A stretch of DNA of 64,000 bases, from contig NC_068988.1 in NCBI RefSeq assembly GCF_001194135.2, positions 19,725,897 through 19,789,896 of the forward strand, given 5' to 3'. Every line of letters begins with the position of its first letter. Within the stretch, counting starts at the first letter, position 1. Below the pieces are notes generated by a model, which worked only from the letters and a program-made list of their open reading frames with translations, searched no databases and was not told where the DNA came from. The position numbers were made by a program, and so were the translations under genes. Of this stretch, positions 36,733 to 49,500 are shown piece after piece. This DNA comes from Octopus bimaculoides. Lineage: Eukaryota.

Positions 36733-36880
36733 GAGAGCGAGGTGACAGAAGCTTTAGCACACCGGACGAAATACTTAGCAGCATATCGTCCATCTTAGTT
36801 ATGAGCCCAGCTTCTGCTGAGACCGAATTTTCCGTTCAATCTTTGGGGGTTCATAAAAAAAGAACCAGTTGATCACTGGG
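36733..36880 (+). mobile_element. SINE family A, diverged
   Basis: GACAGAAGCTTTAGCACACCGGACGAAATACTTAGC...ACCAGTTGATCACTGGG. Confidence 0.75.
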
Positions 36881-38439
36881 GACGGCATACTCCTAGGTGT
36901 TAGTATATAAAAATACTGCATCCCTTTGCCCAGCCATACGGAGCTAGTGTAACAGACTAAGCTCATAAATCGAGTATGATCTCAAATATTTCTCTGGTGC
37001 AGGGAACATGCTGAGGCTTTCATCCTGCAATGGACTGAGCATGGAAAATCCAATTCACAAACATCATACACACATGCGTACAGAAACAAAGATTTGCATT
37101 TTTCTTATCAAAGAAGGCTAACCTGTGACCTTTCACAGGGCCTCCGAAATGAGAGGGTGTATAGAAAGTACCTTCAAAGTAGAGTTACGTGCTGATAAAT
37201 GCTTCAGCAAAGTGGTTAAACTACTTTGCATGTTTAGCACATTCTGGCAACCAAGTTAGGATAAAAGATATTGGAGCATTAACAGTTTTTTTGTGTGTTT
37301 TTCTTTCAATATTATATTGTACTACAGAATGTGACTGTCAACATTTTAGTCAACACCATATTTTTAAGCAGCTACATTGCCTAAAACTGTACGTAGAGAA
37401 ATATTCTGTACTGTTTTTTTTTACATCCCCGTAAGTTAGTTTTGAATAAAATGAAACCGATACAAGTACCAGACTTTAAAAAAATACTGGAGTCCATTCG
37501 TTCTACTAAAAAAGTTCTGCAAAGGATATGCTCCGGCATGACCGCAGCTTCTTGACATTAACGGATAAAAGATAAAAGATATTTAATACTGAATTCGCGC
37601 AAGTTTTGCTTCCATTCTCCTTGAGGTGTATATAGATGGAATACACTGTAGGTCTGAGATTTGAATAAAGATTTTTGTTTTGTAGAACCTTTGCCGTTGC
37701 TGTGTGACTGGAGTTAATGCAGCCATCTTTCCTTTAGACATTTATTAAATTATATTCTCTTGTATTCCTTCTACTTTTAATCTTCGATGTTGAAATAAAT
37801 CACACCACATAAAAGAAAATCATTAACACATTGTTTAACATTAAAGAAATCACCAAACACCTCTAGAACTTCTCACTTTCTCACTCACACACATTCACAT
37901 TGTGGACATTTTATAATACCCGCACGTACACACGTATACTTTAGCGCTCACATATATCACATATGATGAACAAAACCAAAAGTAAGAATATCTAGTGGAA
38001 TACAAAATGCAATAAACAGAGGATCACACAGAATTTCAGAGTTTCCGTTAACGATAAATATAATGGAAGATGATATTTTTAATTGATACTTCGCATTTTT
38101 ATTTTGTAGACAGATTTGTATCGTTGTCGAGAAAGATATTTTCCAGCCTTGAAACTCACTTTTCAATAAGACTTCTTTACCCAGCAAAATATTTCTAACA
38201 TATTCAGCAGTGATATAAAGACATAGACTCTTCTGTTAGTTAACACGCGAGGAAGTCTTGCAATTCCATCCGCAAAATGAAATTGTGATAAACTATACTC
38301 GATTACTAGGAATGTCTTGTATAAATTAACATTCCCCCGACTATTGCAGAGGTTACTGACGTTAATGAATTTAATGAAACTCTAGTTCTGGGATAAAATA
38401 AAGTGGTAAAAGTCAAAATTGGCATTGGTGAGAAACATA

Positions 38440-39948
38440 TAAGCGTCTGCTGGAACGTTCATAGGCTGACCAAGATTCTTTCATGCAATGGGAACAAATG
38501 AGGTTTATTTTTCAACATGGTCCCCCTTACGGCCCACAGGCTTCTTCCATCGGCGCTGCAGTGCATATAGCTCATTGAGGAAGAAGTTATCATTCTGTTG
38601 GTCACAAAAGTCAACAACAGCAGATATGAGGTCATCATCACTGCGTTACTGGTTCCCAGGCAAATGATTAGATAATCTTGGGTAACAATTGTTAGACAGA
38701 TGAAGCCAAATCAGGGAAACAAGGGTTGTAATCAAGCAGTTCAAAGTCAGCGAAGACGTGTAGCTTAATGGTTAGGAGTGTTAGACTCATGATCGTAAGA
38801 TTGTGGTTTCGATTCCTGGACCGAGCGACGCATTGTTTTCTTGAGCAAAACATTTCATTACACATTGGTCCAGTCTACTCAGCTGGCAAAAAGCAGTAAT
38901 CCTGAGATGGACCAGCGTCCCATCCCGGTGGAGAATATATACGCTATGGAAACCGGCGAACCAGCCATTATGAGTCGGCATGCCTCGTGAAGGAAACTGT
39001 TTTTTTAGCTCAAAGCCACAGTCGCACACAACAGCAATTGAGACCAAGGACGTGTGTGCTGGAGAATTGCCCCGAAGAAACAGTACCCCCTTTCGTCAGT
39101 TTTTCTCTTTCACCATGCTGAGGTAACATTTGAAGTTAGTCAATGAACACGATGATTTGTCGTCCCTAAAAACTGAGGCCGTTACTTTCCCTGCCAATGA
39201 AACGACACCGGCCGGTAAAGAGTGGGGCGTTGCACTGCATGGATCGTTTCCTTGTCTCTTGCTCAAGCGATGAACCCAGCATTCATTCTAGGATAAGAAG
39301 CGTACAAAGAATATTGCTGAACCTGCTTAAAATAATGTCAGATATTCCCGTGATGTCTTCAATCTGGTGTGCAGTTGATAAGGCGTTTGAACACGTGGCA
39401 TCCACGGAACAGAAACCTTCGTCATACCAAGCAGATTGTACAGAATATTCTCAACTCACTCACGGGCTATACTAATAGCATTCGCTATTTGATTTATAGT
39501 AAATCGCCTCTAATCCATAACCATTTGGTGAACACGATCAATGTTTTCTTCGGTGGTGGTAGTTTCATAATTCCCACACCTTGGGTCATCTTCAAGATTT
39601 ACCTTTCCTCACCTAATTTCAGCTGCCAATTTTTACACTGTCGATACGAGTGATGACGCTTGTAAGACAGGAGCATCATCTCCTTACGTATCAATCATGT
39701 GACATCAAATGTGGGTTAAACCCTTTTTCTGCATGTACTTGACACCACTACGTTTCCAAATTCTGTCCCTTTTTAAGAGAAGACGTTACCAATTACATCT
39801 GAAGTGTTTTCTGAACAGTCAGATATTAGTTTACCTGGAAATACTTAATACAGTTTTTGATAAGAATGGTTGCAATTAATGCATCCAAGTTTTAACAGCT
39901 GTAGCAGCACTTCTTCATAGATAGCATATGAAATTTTCAGCTCACTCG
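38440..39948 (-). mobile_element. near-full-length mariner (DD34D) with both TIRs, interrupted by a SINE
   Basis: TIRs ..GCTGGAACGTTCATAGGCTGAC (+, 38449-38470) and TA|CGAGTGAGCTGAAAATTTCATATGCT (-, 39950-39923); minus-strand peptides LEDDPR..TTTEENIDRVHQMVMD*RRFTINQIANAIS, KGVLF..NSPAHTSLVSIAVVCDCGFEL, ALQRRWKKPVGRKGDHVEK*; about 1.24 kb without the insert. Confidence 0.92.
38750..39006 (+). mobile_element. SINE family D nested in the mariner, 12-bp TSD
   Basis: A box TAGCTTAATGG, B box GGTTTCGATTCC, T-rich tail; flanks AGTTCAAAGTCA (38738-38749) and AGCTCAAAGCCA (39007-39018). Confidence 0.88.
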
Positions 39949-40466
39949 TAACTAAATACAGTAGGTATTTTCTAGGCCGCCTTCAAGATATTCCACTAGA
40001 AAACACGCGCGCCAGCACAAACGTGTTAAAGGAGGCAGGCACATTCTCTGATACACAAACGTTCTCATTTGTGACTACATAGCAAGGGAGTGCCTGAGCA
40101 TAATAAATAAATAATTGGGTGATGATTACGAGACAAACCGTGGTATTATAGGTAGGTGATATGTAGTGATCGTAATTATAAGATGAAAAAGAAAAAAATC
40201 CTGAGAGAACTCATGTGGAAGATCAACAAAGAATTGATAGGTGTGTTGAGGAGAAAGCTGAGAATGTTGTGTGTTCAGAGATGAAGTGTGTCAGGCTATG
40301 AAATATAATTGGAGATATACTTGGAGATAATTGATGACCAATTTTGAATCATGGTAACATGAATATTAGCGCACTCTAAGAGCAAATTCTAGGTGGATGG
40401 TGATGAAAATGATGAGGATGCGGTCGACGATGGCAGTTATGAGCTCAATGTTAATGGTGCTAGTAT

Positions 40467-40670
40467 AGGGGGCGAGCTGGCAGAATCATGAGCACGCCAG
40501 GCAAATTGTTTAGCGGTATTTTGTTGGTCTTTGCGTTTTGAGCTCAAATTCCGCCCTAGCAACTTTGAATATCATCATATTGATAAAAAGAATACCAGTT
40601 GAGCACTAGGGTCAATGTAATTTACTTACACCCTATCTGAACTTGCTATACTTATGTCATAATTTGAAAT
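40467..40670 (+). mobile_element. SINE family A
   Basis: GGGGGCGAGCTGGCAGAATC...GCTCAAATTCCGCC...ACCAGTTGAGCACTAGGGTC. Confidence 0.85.
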
Positions 40671-43600
40671 CAATGATAATGTTGTAATGATGATAACTGC
40701 AAGGGGGGGGGGACATTAAGTTGATATTATATTCCTCTAGGTATAAATTACGTCTCTTCAATATTTCACATTTTCAGCAGTCCTTGTGTTGAAGTAAAAT
40801 ATTTTCCCTTATAATAGCAAGTATTATTTATTAAGTCGTTTCTACTATAAAGTAAGCGTGGATGATTTGATTTCTGCATATATTTTCATCCAGCGAGACA
40901 TAAAAATTAAAGTTGACTCTCGCTTTAATTAAGTCTTTTTCTGTTATGAGAAAGAAATTTAATTAAAGTATGCAAGTCATAAATATTCCATTATTCTGCT
41001 TTTCAAAAACGATTCAAATTATTTAGTTATATTATATATTTTATGACGTAAGTCATAAATATTTCCTTCCATTGTTGAATAGGAATTGTATATTGGGAAA
41101 TGATTTAAAGGAATGATGAAGTAATTATGTGAACTCATTAATATACACAATAGAGAGGCTAATTATCTCGTGAAAGTTTAGATGTAATCTCCAAGATGCT
41201 GAATAAAATTCCCACCATATCCGTGTCAATACAAGCACACATTCCATGGGGACGATACAACAAATAGCAGTTAATTACTCCATTCAATCCATGTGAACTC
41301 TTCCTAGCACTCAGTTGGTCAGGTGACAAAATATGATATCAGTATTGTTCAATAATTTCAATATTCTTATATATTACTCAACGTGAGTATAAACTGTGTT
41401 TCTGAAAGCGCATTTTAAGGCAACTCAGGATTATATAATAAACAATATCGAGGGGTTTACGAAGTAAGACGGGTATTGATACAATTTAATTGGAAAATAA
41501 CTGTGTAATAAAAAAAAATGGTAGTCATGTTTTTCAAAATCATAAGGTATGTGTGTTAATTGCTACATGAGTATGTTTTAGCCCTGAAGCTATTTTCGTT
41601 TCATTTAGCCCCTTGCACTGATTGACACTGGTAATGCGAAATACGTAAGACGTAGTTTAAATAATATATGGCGAAAGTAATACATCATTGGGTTTCTATA
41701 ACACACAAGGCCACGTTTATGTGTAAAATGCAAGATATGAATTCCTTTATACTATATGACAAAATAGAATGAGTTCATCAACAATATAAGATAGTGATTG
41801 CCTGATTTAGACAAATGGTTGTAGCTGTCATATTTCATGTACAAACTTAATACCGAAAGTAAATGTGTAAACATTACTTACTCTCACATACCACTCACAT
41901 TTTCCTGTTTTTCTTAACATTTTAACATCAATGTTTGTAAAAAAAACATGAATACTTCATTCTTTGATAAATACCGTATTAAAGATTTTGCAAATGTTTG
42001 TTACGGTCTTTTTTAAAGAGAGGAATATTATTTCATATTTTTCTAATATATATATAGTTGAATTTGAAATGAATAGAATTTAGATTTAAAAGTGAAATAT
42101 TTCCATTGCAATTTACTGTTAGTCATATTTTATGCGCAGAAACCTGATTCTTTTATTTTGCATTTGATACTGTCTATAGTTTAGAAAATAACAAGTTTGA
42201 AATTATGCATTTTCTTTTGCCTACTTTTATCGAAGAGGTCATTGAGGAGTGCCAGCAATAAGTATGCTTGCTTGACAGCTTTAGAGATTCTCCAAATACT
42301 AAGTACATAGAAATTAAAATTAACTGAATTCGTGTCACATGCAGACAATATATTTCTCTGTATATAGCCGCACATACGTACACACATACAACCATAAAAA
42401 ACTATCTGAATATATGTATATGTGCGTTTGTATTTGTGTGCACATAGGATTCAGGAAACTTTCAAGTCCATTTTTGAAAGGTCAATGTTTCTAGTGACTT
42501 TTAACACATTTTTGATTGACTCTGACCTAGTTGTTTTTATGTAAGTGGGCATTCTGTTATGTCTCCAGATATTAAATCTAATTATATTTCCTTTTCAAAA
42601 TACAACGCAATTTTACGACTTGGCTCAAGTTAAATTGTTTAACGCCCTGTTGGAATACAACTGTATATGGAGCATAAATAATACGCATTACATCGCAACT
42701 GCCATCAGCGAGATATTGACTTCATTTTTTAAACTACTTTTATATCTTAATGACTGTCATTTGAGAGTTAAAGTACCAATATCGTCCGTAGTGCTTTGGG
42801 TGTTGGCAAAATTGCATGCAGTATACGTAACAATTTTCGTTTAAATGGTAACTTCTACTGTTCTTAAGAAGCCACCATTTGTTAGATACTGAGTTTGATG
42901 TATAAAGTACGGTTAGGTTTCAAAGAATGTTATTAGGGTTTATGAGTAACGAAAATAATTGCACTGGCTGTAGACAAATAAGAGCTTAGTGCTTTAAGTC
43001 TGTGAATTTCAAATCCAGGATTCTGAATAATACATTAAATCTATTATATCACTATTTTTCAATGAAGAGTAGTCTCTGTTTATGAAGAGTAATCTGTGTT
43101 ATGGTTGTCATCGGTTCTTCATTTCTATTTCTTTCTGTTTTTTAGATGCAATGGGAATTACTCTCCTCATTATATTTCTACATCCACAAATGATATCTTA
43201 GGATTTATATCGACTTATGGCTCAAAAAAATTACGGGATCAACATGGATTCTAAAAATTTCTTAATCATTGTTGTTAATTACACTTGTTGTTTCAGGTCG
43301 TATACCATCCCAATTGCTAAGATCGAACCTATTGTGGCTATGTCAATTTAAATCGGACAGACTAAGAGGATGTGAGTACCACATCTGGAGTTCTTGAGAA
43401 AATTTACAACACCCAACGTTTATTCAGTTAGTCATTTACCAGTTGTCTTCTTTCTTTTTTTTCTACTTTTCGTAACCAGTGTAAAAAAAACGAATGAAAC
43501 TAAATAAATCAAATCACTAAAAATTTCTAAACTAAATAAATCAAATCACTAAAAATTTCTTTATATTTCAAGTCTCCAACGAAAAAGCTGAAACCATATG

Positions 43601-43754
43601 ATACACACACACATATATACATATAAACGCACAACGGGATATACAGAGTTATCTTAATACCCATACACGCATGCATACATACAAACACATTACAGTAATA
43701 CATGCATGCATACGTACAAACACATTACAGTAATACACTGACACATAAATTGTC

Positions 43755-43791
<37 letters not shown>

Positions 43792-44814
43792 AATATATAT
43801 GTATAAATGCGTAATGTGTGTGAGTATATATATATGTATATAGATGTGTGTATGTGTATGTACGTATGTGTGTGCTTGTGAGTCTTGTAGAAAAGCGAAA
43901 GAAAAGCTAATGATAAATAGTGAAATAAATTTTTTTAAATTATTTTATTTCAAATTTTAGAGGAACTGTTCAACAAGATGTATGGCTGAGATGGAAACAA
44001 TATATCTTATTGGCGCCATAATGTATTTGCAAGGTGTCCGGCTGTGTCAAGGCAGACGATGAGACTCTTAACCAGACAGTCTCAATAGAAGAAACCTATT
44101 GGTTCCAATTAGAGTCTCAAATAGACTTTTATTTAAGAAAAAAAACAAAAAACAAGACATTACTTCTAAGCTGCTGACAACCATATTTACTCGTAATATC
44201 GTGGCTAGTTAACATATTGTTCCTCTGAATAAATAATGTTGTTGCTGTTAATCTAGAAATGATAGACACGGTATAGGATCTAGTTAAACATTTTGCAGTA
44301 TTTCAAATGATTCTTTTCTTTCTCACCTCAAATCACCACACAGTAATTTTTTTTATATTCGCTTACTCCAATGTCATTATAATATATAACAACAGGGTAC
44401 CTAAGCAGAATTAATCGATCTTGACACAGTTGACATACGTGGCTTATAAATTCAGAACTTCATGTGATGTAACTGAATACTAAAACATATTTTCTGTATG
44501 ATCTAGATATTCTCGCTCCTATACACACTCACACATGCACACACGCAAATACACGTTCAAACATGCTTATGCAAACACCATGCACATATATATATATATC
44601 AGTACATCAACATCTCAGTGCAAGAATACTACTGATGACCGGGTAATGCATGTAGTTCATGTCTACTGAGTCAACGTTATGCAGTTGAGTGCGTTTGTAC
44701 TCTGTGCATCATGTAAGACGATGGCGTATCATAATTAACAGGTGTCGTATAACAGTAATAGAGACTACTAATCAAATGCTTGAAAGTCAGCAGTTTGAAC
44801 TAGAATCCGAAATG

Positions 44815-45025
44815 TTATTGGTTCGAAATACTGGCAAAAGCCCAGTAATTTTGGTGGAATGGATATGACGATTACATCAACGCCAGTGATTAACTGGTAT
44901 TTTATCGATTCTGGAACGATGAAATGCAAAGTGAACCTCGACGGAATTTGAGCTATGTATGTAAAGATGGATGAGATGTTGCTAAGAATTTTACCCTCCA
45001 TACTAACGATTCTGCCTCTTCACCG
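44815..45025 (-). mobile_element. SINE family A, diverged
   Basis: reverse complement GCAGAATCGTTAGTATGGAGGG...GCTCAAATTCCGTCGAGGTTCACTTTGCATTTCATC...GATAAAATACCAGTT. Confidence 0.8.
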
Positions 45026-46429
45026 GTTTAGAATCCGAAATAATATTACATATTTAAAATATTTAATTAAAACTAAAAATCTCTAAATATTTTCTTTACT
45101 ATCTTAGCAGGCAATAACTTGTTTAATAAAATGGTGTTTCTTTGATTAAATTTGGTTTTGATGAATTGAGAGTAAGGGAAGCGGAACGATCAATCATGTT
45201 GCTGCATTCAAAACAACCCATCCCGTATTGTGAATTTAAATCATACCGCTGCCGGTTTCAAAAGTAATGCTTCCCTTTCAATGAAATACAATATATATCA
45301 ATACAGAAGAGAAATAGGTTCCGTCGATTTCGAAAAAATCATATTATAGAAGGAATTTGAATTCAAAACGTCAAAGATCATAGAGAATTACTTCATCTCG
45401 TCCTATTAGTGTTCTCCAAATTCTTCCCTCTGTATTCCAGGATATCTCCGTCTCTGCGTGAAGGGAGTCGCTGAAAATTACAGAAGCTATTCTGCAATGT
45501 TTATCAGATATACAGCCATGATATTATGGATAAGTAAAGAGTGTAGATAACACGTAACAAAGAGGTGACATGAAAACACTTGTAGTTCATCAATGGAATA
45601 TTAAGGATCATTGTGTTCATTGTGATCCAAGAAGAAGTGAAACAGTATGGATATGATTTGAGATATATTATACTGGAGGGCAATAGCAATTTATGAACAG
45701 CAACATTAGACGATCAGAGATAAAATTGCATATAATCGATCACAAAAGCTTTTTAACGTTAATAGTGTTTCTGAGGAAGCGTCTTACCTGCTCTGCTCCT
45801 GATATATATATATATATATATATTTGCGTAGATTTTTTTCCTCTCGATGTGTAATGGCAATTATTACGTCATAAAAGAAACATTCCATCAGTAAATTATA
45901 TTTCATTTCTAAGTGAAATGCTATATCGACATGAAACAGAATCCTAATTATAAGATGTCATAAAGTGATATTGATTTGTTTTTTACATCGATTTCTAACA
46001 AGTAATTGATCGGGAAGTGCTATAGCTAATAGAATCCTCCTCAAAGTTCCGCAGAGTTTTATCGACTCACACTAGGACGATGAGTTTAGTAAACCTTTGT
46101 GGAAATGGAACTCAGCATTAAATAATGCCAGTAAATATTCAAACAAAATTTTGAGGCCAATATCTGTAAACAGGATGAAATTATTGAATTAATGTATATG
46201 AATTAGTTTCGAGTTTTGATTTCAAAAGTAGATGTGCTTGCTTCATGCTCTAGCTTGAAGGGGCTTGGTAGATACCAGATTGGGAACCCAAAGATTTCAT
46301 AAGAAGGTCCAGCAGTACTCACCAAAGAGAGTCTTGACGTAATAGACCTCTATATTATGAATGGAATAAATTTTTGAAATTGCCTTCTTGAATTCTTAAT
46401 ATTCTTTTTGTAGTTCTTTTTAGCAAATA

Positions 46430-46805
46430 CCGTTTATCTTTCACTCGATTCAGTCATTGAACTGCGGCAATATTGGAGGGTTTAGTCGAACAAATCGGCT
46501 CCAGTGCGTATTTTAAAGCCTGGTCTTAGTTCTGTTTTACTTCTTTGCTTAGACACTAGCTAGAGAGGATGTAAACAAACCAACACCTATTGTCAAGAAT
46601 TGGTGCAGGGTGGCAAACAGAGATGCAGACAATTACACACATACGTATGTGTGTAGGGGGTGTTTACAACGGACTTCCACACCATCTCCGCCTACAAAAT
46701 TCAATCGCAAGGCATTTTTATGCCAGGGCAATAGTAGAAGCCACTTGTCCAAGGTTATATACAATGGGACTGAACCCGAAACCCCCGTTACTGCAAATCA
46801 AGCTT
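46430..46805 (-). mobile_element. SINE family B, diverged full-length copy
   Basis: colinear with 33275-33735 (CAGTCATTGAACTGCGGCAATATTGGAG...GGGACTGAACCCGAAACC). Confidence 0.8.
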
Positions 46806-48242
46806 CATGACCTCAATTCAAAGCCCCGTTGAAGAAGAAATTAAATTTTGTGTAAAATTATTAAGAATGAATATAATTATTACTGATTGAAGCATTATTA
46901 ATTTCAAGGAAATACGTGCTTGTAATATTTCTAAAACGAATTATATGATTGTTTACAAAATAATGAGCTTTCATTTGGTAAAATTAGAAGCAATAACAGC
47001 AGAAAATATTCCTAATGAGTAACGACGCAGGTTAACTAATGCAGATTTTGACAGAATAATTAAAGAAACATTGAAATGCATTTTGATTCGGTATTCCACC
47101 TGTACAAAAGTCTGAGATAGCTACCAACGTATTTCATTATGTTCTACGCGTTATCTTCTGCTATTGATTCAGACACCGATTGCAATGGGTTTTAGATCAT
47201 ATTACAAATGAAATCGCTGAAATTGGCTATTTCGAGTTTTTGGTGGGAATAAGATTTATGTTATTTGTCGGAAATTTAATAATAAACGTCAGCTGCAGCT
47301 TAAAACAAATTGCGGTAGAATTATTGAATTAGTTAAAATAGACTGTATTTTTGATCCTTGGTGAGTTTCTTGCAGCCTCCCTATTGCTAAAGTTGGTCAT
47401 CCTTTTTGACAGACACATTATACAACTTCCTCCAAAGATGAGAAGTTTTCTGCAATGTAAAAACTATTGAAAATAAATCAATTATAGAGATTTGGCGTCG
47501 ATGATTGACGTTTGGTGTAAACAATCATTAATATGAAATGCATTACAAAGAAGACAATTGAGCTTTCAGAAAGGCAGATAAAATTCATCAGTCGCACAAT
47601 TAATTTGTTTATACAATTAAAAATAGTTGTGATGTTCATAAAAATGAAATTAATGGACAAACATCAACCGATGCTTTCAAATCCTCAAAATTTGAAGACA
47701 CGAAAGCATTAATGGGCTGCATAATTGATCAAACGAAGACAACGTAATTGAAACCACGACACGATCAAAAGGGCTGATATTAAAACACATGCATACACAC
47801 ATATATGCATTTATATATGTGAATACATACATGTATACACACACACATATATACATGTATATATATATATATATAAACATATACACGCACTATGTATATA
47901 TGTGTGTGTGGACGTGTATGTGTATATGTGTGTGTATGTTTACACATGAACGTGTCTGCATATGTGTGCGTATCTGTGTATATGCGGGAGAGATTTTATA
48001 TTACACATCGTTGAAAATGGGTGACGTGTGGTTCGCTAGGGAAAATCATAGAAGAAAAGAGGCACGAATTCAAGAAATACCTAAAATCTAATACTCGAAA
48101 CGTATTCATATCCACATACGTTATACGAGCAGGTGTTAAATGTGATGGCGTGAAAGGGTCACCATCCTGATATGGGATATTAAACTAGATGGAGTGCATC
48201 ATTGTCCTGATTTGGGCAAAAATGATTTGATTGATAGAAGAA

Positions 48243-48244
<2 letters not shown>

Positions 48245-48288
<44 letters not shown>

Positions 48289-48365
48289 GAGAGAGGGAGA
48301 GAGAGGGAGAGAGAGGGAGAGAGAGAGAGGGAGAGAGAGGGGGGAGGGAGAGAGGGGGGATAGAG
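48245..48365. repeat. (GA)n/(GGGAGAGA)n microsatellite
   Basis: direct inspection. Confidence 0.95.
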
Positions 48366-48599
48366 AGAAACAAAGATCCAGAAATAGAGAGAAGCAATCC
48401 GTAATTGTCCTATACTGATACATTAATTTTTTATATTTCTTTCAGTTATTAAACGGGAGCCAAACACAAATACATGTTCACACACACCTACCTACATATA
48501 TACATATGTATTCATAAACACACACATACACACACACACATACAAATACACACACACAAACACACAAACTCATATAGATATATGTTTAAAAAAATATAG

Positions 48600-48790
48600 A
48601 TAAACCTATTCAAGAAAACAAAAACAGGTGTAAGACACAACAAAGTGTATTAATACATTACTCAGGAAAAATAGAAGAAGACTTTAACGTTTCGAGCTTA
48701 CGCTCTTCTACACAAAGAAATGAGAAGGGAAAACAGATGGAGAGAGGAAAAGGCTGGAGAGGAAAAGAAGAAAAAACAACGAATCTGAAT
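48600..48790 (-). mobile_element. Penelope-type terminal repeat remnant carrying a degenerate minimal hammerhead motif
   Basis: minus strand CTTT-GTGTAGA-A-GAGC-GTAA-GCTC-GAAACGTT-AAAG at 48717-48682. Confidence 0.5.
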
Positions 48791-49279
48791 TACCACTGTT
48801 ACATTCTCTATATACCAAAAAGAAAGAACTGCCTGGAGACGTATTGGGGCGGACAAGTGAGACAACAGCGACATTGCATGTGTGTGCGTGTGTGTGCGTG
48901 TGTGTGCGTGTGTGTGTATGTGTAGATAATCTGTGCGTGTAACAAATTCACTCACATGCCCTAGACAGGCCTGGTGATATAAAAGAACACGATTTCCCCC
49001 AGTGCTGTGTGGTGATGCTGAACAAATGACGTGGTTGCAAAGCGCGCTTCTTAATGACACAATCATTGTGTCCGAAGTTCAAAGGATTTTCTCAAATGTT
49101 CACTTAAATAAAGAACGCAATATTCAAATGAAATAATTTTTCGTTGAAGGTACGTAACAAGAAGAACCACACAAATTGTGAAAGTAAATCGAAATACGGT
49201 TTGCCGAAGCAGACGGCATACTGGCAGAACCGTTATCGTGCCGGAAACATGACTAGTAGCAATTCTCCTGAATTTATTT

Positions 49280-49500
49280 TCAAGGCCCCCAGCTCGCAGA
49301 ATCGTTAGCACGCTGGAAAAAATGCTTATCACTAATTCGCTCGTCGCTACGTTCTGAGTTCAAATTCCGCTGAGGTTGACTTTGCTTTCCATCATTTCGG
49401 GATAGATAGATAAAGTACCAATGAAAAACTGGAGTCGATATGATCGACTAGTCTCTTTCCCGAAAATTGGAGGGCTTGTGCCTCAAGTCGAAAGAATTAT
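49280..49500 (+). mobile_element. SINE family A, preceded by a second degenerate head at ~49211-49270
   Basis: GCAGAATCGTTAGCACGCTGG...GAGTTCAAATTCCGC...GAAAGAATTATT. Confidence 0.88.

Noticed and set aside
40150-40400. Purine-rich stretch suggestive of a LINE RT C-terminus
   Set aside because: No diagnostic motif could be read.
48995-49130. Open frame VLCGDAEQMTWLQSALLNDTIIVSEVQRIFSNVHLNKERNIQMK* after a CCCCCAG acceptor
   Set aside because: Short and unrecognised, with no supporting neighbours.
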